The notes beneath the pieces are model-generated. The model did no database searches and was not told the DNA's origin. It saw nothing but the letters and a program-made list of their open reading frames with translations. A stretch of 64,000 bases of DNA, from contig CAXXHO010000003.1 of NCBI GenBank assembly GCA_963667725.2, forward strand, positions 1,920,001 through 1,984,000, read 5' to 3'. Positions within the stretch are counted from its first letter, which is position 1, and every line of letters starts with the position of its first letter. Positions 46,982-56,740 of this stretch are shown piece by piece. The position numbers and the translations under genes are program-made. This stretch comes from Treponemataceae bacterium (lineage in GTDB: Bacteria; Spirochaetota; Spirochaetia; Treponematales; Rectinemataceae).

Positions 46982-47995
46982 TTAGATTCCTAAAGGGTTT
47001 TCTCCCATTGCGCTCAGGTAGGAGCCGATCGACTTAATGTAGCTCTTTTGAGAGGCGAGCAGGTTCATCCGGGCGGTGAGGACGGCGATCGCCTTTACGT
47101 TTTTATCGCTCAGGGAGATCATACCACTCTCATATTGCCGCAAAGCATCCTGGTACGCGAGTTCCTCGAGGGAATATTCATCCGCCCTTATCTGAAGGAG
47201 GGTGGCCTGATTCTTGAGGGTGGAAAGCGAGCTTTCGTAAGCCCTTCTGGCATCGCTTTCCGCGTTCGACAGGGAAACTTTCGCTTTTTGGTTTTCCGTC
47301 TCTTGGATACGTCTGTCGTAAACCGAAGTGTTCGTCGCGAGGGAGGCGGTCTTGAGCCCCTGGATCTTCTGCGAAAGGAGAGCCATCTCAAGCGTGAGAT
47401 CCTTCGCGATCCAATCCTCCACTTTCGCGTTCGCCTCGAAGGAAGGTATTTCCGGGATGAGGCTTGAGTTCCATTCCAATCCGGTGACGAGGCGGACCTT
47501 ATCTTTGGCGTCCTTCAAGGTCCAGGCCGACAATTCCTGATTGGTCGATGTCGTCTTGTAGGTGATATCGATCTCCTTGAAAATATCTTCGGAAATGAGG
47601 CCGTTCTTATACCGGGATTCGGCGTACTTTTTATCCTCTTCAGCGTTCTGAAGGCTGAACCCGATCGATTCGATGTTGAGTTCGGCAGTCGCCGCGGCGA
47701 ACACCGCGTCGATCACCTCATTGTAGAAGCTCAGAACCGAACTCCTGTAGCCCGCCAAAGCCGATACGTAGGAATACTGCGCGTTGACCCGATCCAGCTC
47801 GACCTTAGCCTCGATCTCGCCCTTGTTCTTCTTGAGCTGCGCAAGTTCGAGATCGATCGTGTAAATAGAATAATCCTGATTCGACTGGGTAGCTGCCGCG
47901 AACAGATCCTTGAGCGATTCCGCGGTCAAAGGGGAGACGGCAGAGATCAGCAAAAGCGCGAACAGCGATCGAAAAACAATGCTTCCAGATTTCAT
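46982..47995 (-). CDS. Second, shorter TolC-like protein
   Basis: Signal peptide; RYKNGLIS and QYESGMIS OEP-repeat motifs. Confidence 0.65.
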   Translation of the reverse strand: MKSGSIVFRSLFALLLISAVSPLTAESLKDLFAAATQSNQDYSIYTIDLELAQLKKNKGEIEAKVELDRVNAQYSYVSALAGYRSSVLSFYNEVIDAVFAAATAELNIESIGFSLQNAEEDKKYAESRYKNGLISEDIFKEIDITYKTTSTNQELSAWTLKDAKDKVRLVTGLEWNSSLIPEIPSFEANAKVEDWIAKDLTLEMALLSQKIQGLKTASLATNTSVYDRRIQETENQKAKVSLSNAESDARRAYESSLSTLKNQATLLQIRADEYSLEELAYQDALRQYESGMISLSDKNVKAIAVLTARMNLLASQKSYIKSIGSYLSAMGENPLGI

Positions 47996-48033
47996 GTTTT
48001 ACTCCTTGCGTGATAATAAAAAGCGATAGACAT

Positions 48034-48333
48034 CTATCGATCCCCGACGAAAGCGTCCGCTTCATACTGGAAAACCTTTATGCCTTCCCTGGGAAAGGCT
48101 TTTTTGACTTCGCTCACCGCCTCATCGATCAGGGAAGCGTCATGTTTGTTTCCAAAGAGGATATAGAGGACGTTCAGCTCCGGCCAGATCGCGGTGCCGT
48201 GGCGGACGCCGCTCCTTCCCCTTCCTTTCACATCCTCGACGAGGGAATAGCTGAAGCCCGGAATACGCTTTTCTATCTCCTCGAAGATATCTTCCTCCAC
48301 GGAACGGTTCGCGTAGATTTCAGTTCGTATCAT
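48034..48333 (-). CDS. PII-like transporter-associated protein (PG0541-like)
   Basis: VKGRGRSG...GTAIWPELN T-loop-like segment; 99 aa; overlaps the RND stop. Confidence 0.7.
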   Translation of the reverse strand: MIRTEIYANRSVEEDIFEEIEKRIPGFSYSLVEDVKGRGRSGVRHGTAIWPELNVLYILFGNKHDASLIDEAVSEVKKAFPREGIKVFQYEADAFVGDR

Positions 48334-51300
48334 CGCCTGCCTCCATCGCGCCTTCCGCTCCGCGCCATTTCTCTATCTCCCTCTCTTTTTTCCTGTTCTT
48401 CTTCTCGCGTCTTTCGTTGAACAGCGAATAAAGGACAGGGGTGAGAAAAAGGGTCATGATGGAACTGACGATAAGTCCGCCGAACATGGTTTTCGCGATA
48501 GGCTGGATGCTTTCCGTCCCTTCTCCCGGGAAAAGAGCGAGGGGCATGATGCCTAGAATGGTCGTGAGCGTCGACATGAGAATGGGCCGCAAGCGGTGGC
48601 GGCCCGCTTCGCTGCAAGCCTCGAAGAGGCCGAGCCCGCGAGCCCTGAGCGTGTTCGTATAATCGACGAGGACGATGCCGTTGTTCACCACGATTCCCGC
48701 CAAAGCCACGACGCCAATCAGCGAAAAGAGAGAGAAGGTATCATTTGTGATCTTGTATATCCAAACAACCCCGATGAACATGAGGGGGATTGAAAAAAAG
48801 ATTATGAGGGGGTCTATGAAGGATTCGAATTGGCTGGCCATGATGCCGTACACCAGGAAAACGGCGAGGAGAACAATCAGGACGAATATGGGCAAGTAAG
48901 TGCCCACGTCCATGTTCTCTCCCCCAAGAGATACCGTGACATTTTCGCGCTGGATGTATTTATCGTCCAACACATTCTGTACCATTTTCGCCATTTCCGT
49001 CGAGGTGAGTTTAGATGAGGCGGGAAGATCGCCCTCGACGTGAATTATCCTCTCCTTGTTCTCGCGGTTGATCTGCTGAGGAGCGGTGCTGTTGGATATG
49101 GTCACGAAGGTGGAGACGGGTATCCTCGCTCCCGAAGCCCCGATGAGGAATATCGACTTGAGGTCGGAGAGCGTCTGCCTGTCCTCCTCCCGGAGCTTGA
49201 CCACGACATCGATGGTCTCCCCAGCCGAGTCGTACGTAGTGGCGGTCGTGCCGTAGACCGAACTGCGTATCTCCTTCGCTATTTGGGAGACTGAGAAGCC
49301 GAACATCGCCGCCCGGTCGCGGTCGATGCTGATGAGAAGTTCTGGCGACCCCTGCTCAAGGGAGATGCTGAGGTTCTCCACTTGAGGCAGTTCCGCTGCG
49401 ATAATCCGCTTGATCTCTTTCGCCGCCTCGAGCGAGGTGTCCTGATCCTTCGAATGTATCTCCACGTCGACCGCGGAACTGGAAGAGAATTGGCGACCCG
49501 CCGAGTAGGAGAAACTGGCGCCGGGAACGGATCCGATATAGGCTGCCAACTTAGTCTTAATCGATGAAGGCGTATCGACCTGATCTTTGGGGTCGGGAAG
49601 CAGGATCTCGAGCGAGCCTTCGCTGTTGGAAGTCCCGCCAAAAGGACCGCTCCCCCCGATGGTGATGACGAGACTCTCGTAAGCCTTGACGCTTCCTTTT
49701 ACATAAGCCTGCAAGTCCTCGAGAACTTTCTGGGTATGCTCGGCGGTCGTGCCGAGCGGCATGGTGAGATTTACCGTGAGCGTATCGTCGGTATTCGAGC
49801 GGGGGAAAAGATTCATGCCGAAGGCGGTCAGCTGGATAAGGGCACTGGTGAGTATAACCGCCACGAGGGCGATGATCAGCAATCGGTTTCTCAGGCAAAA
49901 CTCGAGGGCCTTCTTATAGCCTTTTTCCTGAGCCGCGAAAAAGGTCTCGAGCATATTATCGATCTTTTTCAGGAGCGGATTTTTAAGAGGCTTCTGCACG
50001 CGGGTGTTGAGATGCATCACAGGGCCGCAGAGTACGGGGACGAGGGTTAATGCAACGAGGAGAGACGAAGCGAGGGAAAAACAGACCGTAAACACAAGAT
50101 CGTTGAAAAGTTGGCCCATCATGCCGAGTTTGTCGCGGAAAAGGATGATCGGGATGAACACGCAGAGCGTCGTCAAGGTCGAACCCGAGATCGCCACGAT
50201 CATCTCCTGGCTTCCGAGTATGGCGGCAATCCTGGGCTTAGTTCCTCGCTCGCGGTAGCGGAAGATATTGTCCAGGATGACGATCGACGCGTCGACGACC
50301 ATGCCGAGCCCCATGATGAGCCCGGTGAGGCTTATCGTGTTGAGCGTGAGCCCCATGAAATACATGCAGAGCAAGGTGATGAGGATGCAGATGGGAATGG
50401 ATATCCCTATGATAAAGGTAGCTTTGAGATTTCTTAGGTATAACAATAGAATGAACACGGCTAAGAGGATTCCCTGCCATGCCGAATTGTACACTTCTTT
50501 CAAGGTGGAGCTGACGAGGGTCGTATCGTCCGACATGAATTCCACCGACACTCCCGGGGGAAGCGACGTATTGATGTCAGCGAGCGCGGCGTGAACCTCG
50601 CGGGATATCTGCACGGCATTGCTCTCGCTCTCCCTCACTATCTGGATGTTGATGCCCTGCTTACCGTCTATGTAGATGATCTTCTCCGGGTCATCCGCGA
50701 TTTCCTTCACATCGGCGAGGTCTTCGAGGCGGATCACGCGCTGATTACCCGAACTTTCCGAAACCATCGTTTTTATTACCAGGCTCTTCACCTCTTCAAT
50801 GGATGAAAGCTTTTCGTGCGTGCGGATCTGATATTCCGTTGTGCCCCTGACGATATCTCCTCCGGAGAGGAGGATATTCTGCGTCCCTAGGGCACTGGCC
50901 ACCGCGGTGAGCGTCAGGCCATGGGCGGCGAGGCGGTTCTGGGAGACTTCCACGGAAATGATCTTGTCGCTCCCGCCGACGACGCTCGCTGTAGCCACAC
51001 CCTCTATCCTTTCAAGCTGGGGCTGTATCGTATCCTCGCCTATCGCTTTGAGCTCTTCGAGGGAGCGATTGCCCTTGATGGCCAGCTTGATGATCGGCAT
51101 CGAAGACATATCGAATTGCCTGATGGTCGGGGTATCGCAATCCTCCGGCAGCCTATCCAAGACTCCGTTTATGGTGGATTCGACCTCGTTCTGCGTCACA
51201 TCGAGGTCCACGTCGTAGCCAAATTCGAGCATGATAAAGCTAGAATCCTGAGAAGAAGTCGAGGACATCGTCTCTAGCCCTTCGACGGAAGAAAGCGCGT

Positions 51301-51505
51301 TCTCGAGAACCTTGGTGACGTTCTGTTCCACATCTTCCGGACCGGCGCCCGAATAGGTAGTGTTCACCGAAAGCACTGGCATATTGACGTCCGGATTGAG
51401 GGAGACGGCGAGCTGCGTGACGAATACCGCGGCAAGTCCGCATATGAGAACGTATATCATAATGATGGTGACAGGATGATCGATGGACTTTCGAACCACG
51501 CTCAT
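48320..51505 (-). CDS. RND efflux permease (AcrB/SwrC-like)
   Basis: YSGAGPEDVE, GMVVDASIV, GIVVNNGIVLVD, RLRPILM; 1061 aa. Confidence 0.93.
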   Translation of the reverse strand: MSVVRKSIDHPVTIIMIYVLICGLAAVFVTQLAVSLNPDVNMPVLSVNTTYSGAGPEDVEQNVTKVLENALSSVEGLETMSSTSSQDSSFIMLEFGYDVDLDVTQNEVESTINGVLDRLPEDCDTPTIRQFDMSSMPIIKLAIKGNRSLEELKAIGEDTIQPQLERIEGVATASVVGGSDKIISVEVSQNRLAAHGLTLTAVASALGTQNILLSGGDIVRGTTEYQIRTHEKLSSIEEVKSLVIKTMVSESSGNQRVIRLEDLADVKEIADDPEKIIYIDGKQGINIQIVRESESNAVQISREVHAALADINTSLPPGVSVEFMSDDTTLVSSTLKEVYNSAWQGILLAVFILLLYLRNLKATFIIGISIPICILITLLCMYFMGLTLNTISLTGLIMGLGMVVDASIVILDNIFRYRERGTKPRIAAILGSQEMIVAISGSTLTTLCVFIPIILFRDKLGMMGQLFNDLVFTVCFSLASSLLVALTLVPVLCGPVMHLNTRVQKPLKNPLLKKIDNMLETFFAAQEKGYKKALEFCLRNRLLIIALVAVILTSALIQLTAFGMNLFPRSNTDDTLTVNLTMPLGTTAEHTQKVLEDLQAYVKGSVKAYESLVITIGGSGPFGGTSNSEGSLEILLPDPKDQVDTPSSIKTKLAAYIGSVPGASFSYSAGRQFSSSSAVDVEIHSKDQDTSLEAAKEIKRIIAAELPQVENLSISLEQGSPELLISIDRDRAAMFGFSVSQIAKEIRSSVYGTTATTYDSAGETIDVVVKLREEDRQTLSDLKSIFLIGASGARIPVSTFVTISNSTAPQQINRENKERIIHVEGDLPASSKLTSTEMAKMVQNVLDDKYIQRENVTVSLGGENMDVGTYLPIFVLIVLLAVFLVYGIMASQFESFIDPLIIFFSIPLMFIGVVWIYKITNDTFSLFSLIGVVALAGIVVNNGIVLVDYTNTLRARGLGLFEACSEAGRHRLRPILMSTLTTILGIMPLALFPGEGTESIQPIAKTMFGGLIVSSIMTLFLTPVLYSLFNERREKKNRKKEREIEKWRGAEGAMEAGDDTN

Positions 51506-52527
51506 TGCGCGACTCCCGTTTCGACATCTATGATTTTTACGCTATCTCCGTTGGTGATCGAGCTCTTCCCTTCGGTCACGACCTTCTCGCCAGGAGCAAG
51601 CCCTTTCTTCACCTCGAATGAGTCCTCTCCCTCGAGCCCCAGCACGATACCTCTCCGCTCGACCGTATTGTCGTCCTTGATGACGAAGACGTAGTCTTCA
51701 GACGAATCGAGGATAACGGAGGATCGTGGCGCCACGATGACGTTTTTTCTGCTTTCGGTTACGAGCCTGACTGTGGCAAACATACCAACAAGCACCCGTG
51801 AATTCGCCTTTTCAAGATCGAGCTTGATGTCGAGGGTGCGGCTTGACGCGTCGAGAATGGGACTCATTTCCGAGACCTTCGCGGCGAACGTAAGGCCGGG
51901 AATCGCGTCGAAGCTGATTTCCGCGAGCGTGCCGATCTTGAGATTGGCGAGGTAGCGTTCGGGGACAGAGGTGCTGATTTTGATTCGGGATAGGTTCCCG
52001 ATAGTCGCGATGATAGTGTTGGTCGTTATGGTGTCGCCTTCGTGGACGGGGATGGAGAGCACCGTTCCCGAGACCGTCGATTCGACCGCATTGGGCATGT
52101 AGTTCTCGCCAACTTTCGAGGGGTCTATGAGGGCGATCGCGCTTCCCTTGGAAATCCAGTCTCCGACGGAAACCTTCCTCTCCAAAAGCTTTCCTCCGAC
52201 ATTCGGGTAGATATTGACCTCGTTATCGGAAACGACATCGCCAAGGATCTTTGTATAATTGCTTACGGAGCCCGAGGCGATCGCGCTCGCGCGCACCGCG
52301 ACCGCGTGCGTCTCTCCTTTTCCCGCACTTAAGGATTGATCAAAAACTCCGGCTTGCGGCATCTGACCGGAGGGCGCCCCGCCCTGAGGCAGGGGTCCCA
52401 TCGCTGTCGAGTTTGATCTCCCGGAAAAGGAAATTCCGAGTTCTTTCAACACGATCGCGGCCCCGACGGCAACGATCACCGCTACTATTATGATGTTCGG
52501 TAAGGATCGCGAGATCGCGTTCTTCAT
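51502..52527 (-). CDS. RND periplasmic adaptor (MFP)
   Basis: N-terminal TM, lipoyl half-motifs, GMFA, GL.PGEKVVTEG; lacks a long alpha-hairpin. Confidence 0.88.
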   Translation of the reverse strand: MKNAISRSLPNIIIVAVIVAVGAAIVLKELGISFSGRSNSTAMGPLPQGGAPSGQMPQAGVFDQSLSAGKGETHAVAVRASAIASGSVSNYTKILGDVVSDNEVNIYPNVGGKLLERKVSVGDWISKGSAIALIDPSKVGENYMPNAVESTVSGTVLSIPVHEGDTITTNTIIATIGNLSRIKISTSVPERYLANLKIGTLAEISFDAIPGLTFAAKVSEMSPILDASSRTLDIKLDLEKANSRVLVGMFATVRLVTESRKNVIVAPRSSVILDSSEDYVFVIKDDNTVERRGIVLGLEGEDSFEVKKGLAPGEKVVTEGKSSITNGDSVKIIDVETGVAQ

Positions 52528-52649
52528 TCCTCCCAACTCCTTCTTTTTTGGCGAAACGGTGCCGCCTTTCGGGGCACCCTATTCCCAGAACGTTAAGCGA
52601 TGCTAGTTCAGCGAATTCAATGCAGCCAGTCCCTCGTGTCATAAACTCA

Positions 52650-52665
52650 TATGACCGGCGTCATA
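52650..52665. promoter_or_regulatory. Palindrome, candidate response-regulator site
   Basis: TATGAC-CGGC-GTCATA between the divergent efflux and two-component genes. Confidence 0.5.
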
Positions 52666-52720
52666 CGAGAGATAACCGGCGGCACTGTGCAACGGGAACA
52701 GAGTGACATATAGTTGCTGA

Positions 52721-54034
52721 ATGGCTGGTTATTCGCCGAAACCCCGCACCGAACGGGATTTCGCCCGCATCATCCTCATGACGCTGTTTTTTCTCTTCCA
52801 TTTCATGCTGACGCTGCAACCGCTGTTTTCCATAAGACGGATAATGGAAGATCCCAACGGCTTTCCTGCTTTGCTGCCGACCTTCGACATCGCGATCATA
52901 GCGTTCTGGTTCATTCTCGAAGTCTTCGAATTCCTGGTATGGAATTACAAGTGGCCGAAAACGCGCTATGGGGTGGAGATTACTGTGTTACGGTGCGCGC
53001 CCTTACTCGTCTGTGTCGTCTTTTCTCCCCGATTAACGCCCGGGATGATGACCTTGATGGCCCCTCTCCTGACCTTCTACTTCTCACTTTTCGTCCAGCC
53101 CATATGGCAGTATGGGATCATGATTTTCTTTTGTGCCGTGCAACTGTTCCTGACGTACTGGGTTTGGCCGCGGACGGTTCTGCCTGAATCCAACAAGCAG
53201 CATGTGATCGTGATCCTCCTGTATCAGCTCATGAGCATCCTCCTCATGTTCCTTTTCGCGAAATTTTGGAAGGAGGACAGGAAAAACCGCGAACGCCAGC
53301 GCATGCTGACGATGGAAATCCAGGCGAGCCAAAAGGAGCTGAGAAAATACGCGTCCCATGTATCGCGCGTGGTAGCCCTGGAGGAGAGAACGAGGATAGC
53401 CCGCGACATTCACGACAGCCTTGGACATACGCTCACCGCCGTCTCCATACAGCTCAATAAGGCCGAGGCGTTTTTCGAGAAGGATCCCAAGGTATCGACG
53501 AGGGCAATCAGCGACGCGAGGCTGAGCATGCATGAAGCGATGATCGATATCCGCTCAACCCTTGATACGCTGAATGCTCAATCTGAGGGTTTCGACTTGT
53601 TCGCGCAGGTGCGCAAGCCGCTCGGAAGCCTCAGCCAAGCGGGGATTCACGTGCGTCGCGATTTCGTAGGCAATACGGAAGGATACAATATCGCTGTGCT
53701 CCTCGCCCTCTATCGCTTCGTCCAGGAGGGAGCGACGAACATTCTTAAGCATGCCGACGCCCATGAAGTGAGCCTGGAAATCATTTTGGACGGCCATCAA
53801 GCATACGCCGAGTTGCGTGACAATGGGGTGGGGTTCGATTCGAATGAGCATGGAAGCAAAGGCAAGGAACTCTCGGGATACGGACTCACGGGCCTTGCCG
53901 ACAGGATAGCGCTCGTTCGGGGTACTTTCTCTGTCGAATCGTCTGCCGGCCATGGAACGACATTGAAGTTAAGCATGCCGAAGGATCCCGTAGCCTTGAT
54001 CGGAAGGGGAAGCGCCGATGACATCGACAGGTAG
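52721..54034 (+). CDS. Membrane sensor histidine kinase (HisKA_3, NarX/DesK type)
   Basis: EERTRIARDIHDSLGH, QEGATNILKHA, DNGVGF, GYGL..L.DR. Confidence 0.93.
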   Translation: MAGYSPKPRTERDFARIILMTLFFLFHFMLTLQPLFSIRRIMEDPNGFPALLPTFDIAIIAFWFILEVFEFLVWNYKWPKTRYGVEITVLRCAPLLVCVVFSPRLTPGMMTLMAPLLTFYFSLFVQPIWQYGIMIFFCAVQLFLTYWVWPRTVLPESNKQHVIVILLYQLMSILLMFLFAKFWKEDRKNRERQRMLTMEIQASQKELRKYASHVSRVVALEERTRIARDIHDSLGHTLTAVSIQLNKAEAFFEKDPKVSTRAISDARLSMHEAMIDIRSTLDTLNAQSEGFDLFAQVRKPLGSLSQAGIHVRRDFVGNTEGYNIAVLLALYRFVQEGATNILKHADAHEVSLEIILDGHQAYAELRDNGVGFDSNEHGSKGKELSGYGLTGLADRIALVRGTFSVESSAGHGTTLKLSMPKDPVALIGRGSADDIDR

Positions 54035-54713
54035 GAAAATAAAGGTTCTCGTGGTCGACGATCAGAGACTTGTCAGGGACGGAATTGCCTCGCTTTTGGG
54101 ACTCGACGAGGAGATTGCCGTGATCGGGACAGCGGAGAACGGAAAGGAAGCCCTCGCCCTCGCCCGCGAGTTTCGGCCCGATGTCTGCCTGTTGGATATC
54201 CAGATGCCGGTCATGGACGGCATCTCCACCCTCGAGAGGATACGCGCGGAAGGAATCGTTCCGTATGTTGTCATGCTCACTACATTCGACGACAGGGAAT
54301 ACATCGTACGTTCGCTCCGTTCGGGTGCGGTGGGCTATCTTCTCAAGGATCTGCCGAGCGAGGAGTTCGTGCGGGCAATCAAGCAGGTCGTGAAAGGGGT
54401 TTTCCTCGCGAATGGAGAGGTCATAAACAAGCTGCTCGGATCGCTCAAGGACGAAGAGGATTCGGGGAAAAACCCGGTCTCGGATTCGAACGCGCTTGAA
54501 CAATATGAATTTCTCACCCTGCGCGAACAAAAGGTGCTCAGCCTTCTTGGGACAGGGGCGACGAATTCGGAGATCGCCGATATCTTGTCGCTGAGCGAAG
54601 GCACGGTCAAGAACTACGTCTCGAGCATTCTCACGACGCTCGGCTTCAGGGACAGGATTCAGACCGCGCTTTTCGCCGCGAGGAATGGTTTGACGAGCAA
54701 AGAACAAGAATGA
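54018..54713 (+). CDS. NarL/LuxR-family response regulator
   Basis: VVDDQ, LDIQMP.MDG, LTTF, YLLKD, LT.RE..SEGTVKNY. Confidence 0.94.
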   Translation: MTSTGRKIKVLVVDDQRLVRDGIASLLGLDEEIAVIGTAENGKEALALAREFRPDVCLLDIQMPVMDGISTLERIRAEGIVPYVVMLTTFDDREYIVRSLRSGAVGYLLKDLPSEEFVRAIKQVVKGVFLANGEVINKLLGSLKDEEDSGKNPVSDSNALEQYEFLTLREQKVLSLLGTGATNSEIADILSLSEGTVKNYVSSILTTLGFRDRIQTALFAARNGLTSKEQE

Positions 54714-54780
54714 TAAGAAATCATCCTGACGATTGTCGAATGCTACAATACTCCCGCCAATAGGATTAAACGGCTCGAAC

Positions 54781-55341
54781 TCACTCCAGCTTGTACTCGA
54801 AAATGGTGGGTTCGCCGCTGCCGGTGGAAACCTGAATATAAATAGTGGCTGGGCGGGGGATTGGGTTTTTGCCGACCATCGGTAAGAACATAGTTCTTTG
54901 TCCGGCTTTCTGAATAAACTGCATTGAAGGTACGCAAGTCTGGGCAATAGTGTTCATTTGTTTATTGAAATTCTTGCCTTCAGCATTGCTACCGCCCGCG
55001 AAGGTCCAAAAATCCTTGAATCCATCCTGATCGTATGAATTTGCCACTTTCGTTCCATCCGGAGCAAAGGCCTCCGCGATGATCGCGATCCGACTTTCCT
55101 CCCGAAGATTGAGCGACAGCTTTACAATGAAAAACTCGTTCAACTTGCCTCGCAGAAGCGTCTTGGGTTCAAGATAGGGATTGGATTCAAAGCTCTGACC
55201 GTAACGACTGAAATCCGCCGATTCCGCTCTAGCCATGATCACTTGAGGCAGCGATGGATTGTACTCGGGGACGGTAGCGCAAGACGCTAAAAAAACCATG
55301 CCCAACAATGCGATAAGGAGACAGGATTTTGTCAATTTCAT
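54781..55341 (-). CDS. Hypothetical lipoprotein
   Basis: Signal peptide with lipobox LASC. Confidence 0.7.
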   Translation of the reverse strand: MKLTKSCLLIALLGMVFLASCATVPEYNPSLPQVIMARAESADFSRYGQSFESNPYLEPKTLLRGKLNEFFIVKLSLNLREESRIAIIAEAFAPDGTKVANSYDQDGFKDFWTFAGGSNAEGKNFNKQMNTIAQTCVPSMQFIQKAGQRTMFLPMVGKNPIPRPATIYIQVSTGSGEPTIFEYKLE

Positions 55342-55354
55342 GTCACCGTTATAC

Positions 55355-55386
55355 AAAAAAAAAGCCGACCCCGCAATGGGGTCGGC
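55355..55386 (-). terminator. Strong rho-independent terminator
   Basis: GCCGACCCC-N5-GGGGTCGGC followed by T9 on the minus strand. Confidence 0.9.
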
Positions 55387-55411
55387 AATTCTACTTGATT
55401 AGCCTTCTAGA

Positions 55412-56386
55412 TTAGAGAGCAACCTTGTAGTAGAGCTTGAGAGCAGCATAGAGCGCGCCATCATAACCGACAACGCCGATACCAGTCATGCCGGGGAGGC
55501 AAGCATAGTCGACTTCGGCATACACATCGTAGCCAGCGTCGCCGTATTTGCCGCCGACGATGCCGGTGAGCTTATCGGTGACCGCGTAGTCGCCTTCGGC
55601 GAACACAGTGTAACCAAATGCGGCACCGAACTTGGCATCGGCTTCGACATAGAGGTCGAGCTTGTCAACGCCGGTGAAGTCCGTACCAACGGAAGCCCTG
55701 TAGTCATTGGCATTGACCTGTCCCTTGAAGATGGCGGTGATGGGGAGAGTCTTGATGCCGGTGTATTTCACGCCAGCGTTGATGATCGTGGCAGCGGGAG
55801 CCACGAGGTCGAGGTTTACCATCGTGAATGCGGTGATGGCGTCCTTGGCGTACTTGGCGCCGATGTCGGCGTTCTGGAGAACGTCAACGAACTTGGCGGA
55901 GGTGGTTCCTATCGGGAGATTGACGCCGAAGGAGAGTCCGTTGACCGGGAGGGTCTCAATCAAGACTCCGTAGCCGGTGATGCGATCGGTAGCGCCGAGA
56001 TAATCGGTGCCCTGATATGCCTGGCCAAGGCGGAAATCTGCATTGCGGAGGTTACCGGCGATGACTTTGGCGAACTTTCCGGTCGCCCAGACGTTCCAGT
56101 CGCGAATGGCTTCTACGTCGGCAGTAAGGGAGGGCTCCAGAGACGCATACAGTTTTGCAAAACCGTTCAGAATATTCTGATCAGTGATGGAGAAACCGTA
56201 CGTTCCATCTTTGTTTTTCGCGGAGAGCGTGAACAGATCATAGCCGTTACCCTTGGGCTTGAATACCGAATTTCCAGCCTGGTCAACGATAGTCACGTTA
56301 CCCTCGAGGGTGATCGCGGTCGTTACCTGGGCGGATACGGCGCCGACCATAGCAAAAGCGAGAAGCAGGACGATAAGCTTCTTCAT
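55412..56386 (-). CDS. Probable major outer-membrane beta-barrel protein/porin
   Basis: MKK signal peptide (VSA-Q), alternating amphipathic strands rich in G/A/Y/V, terminal ALKLYYKVAL; own promoter, GGAGG RBS and terminator. Confidence 0.7.
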   Translation of the reverse strand: MKKLIVLLLAFAMVGAVSAQVTTAITLEGNVTIVDQAGNSVFKPKGNGYDLFTLSAKNKDGTYGFSITDQNILNGFAKLYASLEPSLTADVEAIRDWNVWATGKFAKVIAGNLRNADFRLGQAYQGTDYLGATDRITGYGVLIETLPVNGLSFGVNLPIGTTSAKFVDVLQNADIGAKYAKDAITAFTMVNLDLVAPAATIINAGVKYTGIKTLPITAIFKGQVNANDYRASVGTDFTGVDKLDLYVEADAKFGAAFGYTVFAEGDYAVTDKLTGIVGGKYGDAGYDVYAEVDYACLPGMTGIGVVGYDGALYAALKLYYKVAL

Positions 56387-56459
56387 TAGAAGTCCTCCTT
56401 GCAATTTCGAAGGGGGCCGCGCCGACGGCTCGGTAATCCCCTTTCCTAGGTTCCGTTAG

Positions 56460-56489
56460 AGTATATATCGGCAAAATTTTAGGTGTCAA
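56460..56489 (-). promoter_or_regulatory. Sigma70 promoter of the OMP gene
   Basis: TTGACA-N18-TATACT. Confidence 0.7.
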
Positions 56490-56668
56490 GCACATTTTAT
56501 TCAAGTTTTTTAAACAAAAAGTCAGAATCTGTCAAATACTTTCATATTTTGTTAGATAAGTATCGAAAGAATTCGACTTTATTGATGAGGCCATCAGAAT
56601 ATGCGTTAATTATAGACTAATAACGTAAAAAAAGCGAATAAATGCGCCGGAGCGCTCAAATATAACAA

Positions 56669-56705
56669 ATGAGGGGCGACCGGGAAAATCCAGGTCACCC
56701 CTCAT
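56669..56705 (-). terminator. Hairpin downstream of ackA
   Basis: ATGAGGGGTGACC...GGTCGCCCCTCAT-TTGTT on the minus strand. Confidence 0.6.
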
Positions 56706-56740
56706 GGCGCTCGAAAGCGGCGCGAAACGGAAACGGACGA

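Noticed and set aside
48320..51505. RND proton-relay substitutions (VVDAS, VVNNG) as a sign of inactivity
   Set aside because: Such variants are common in this RND subfamily; the first Asp and the RPILM Arg are retained.
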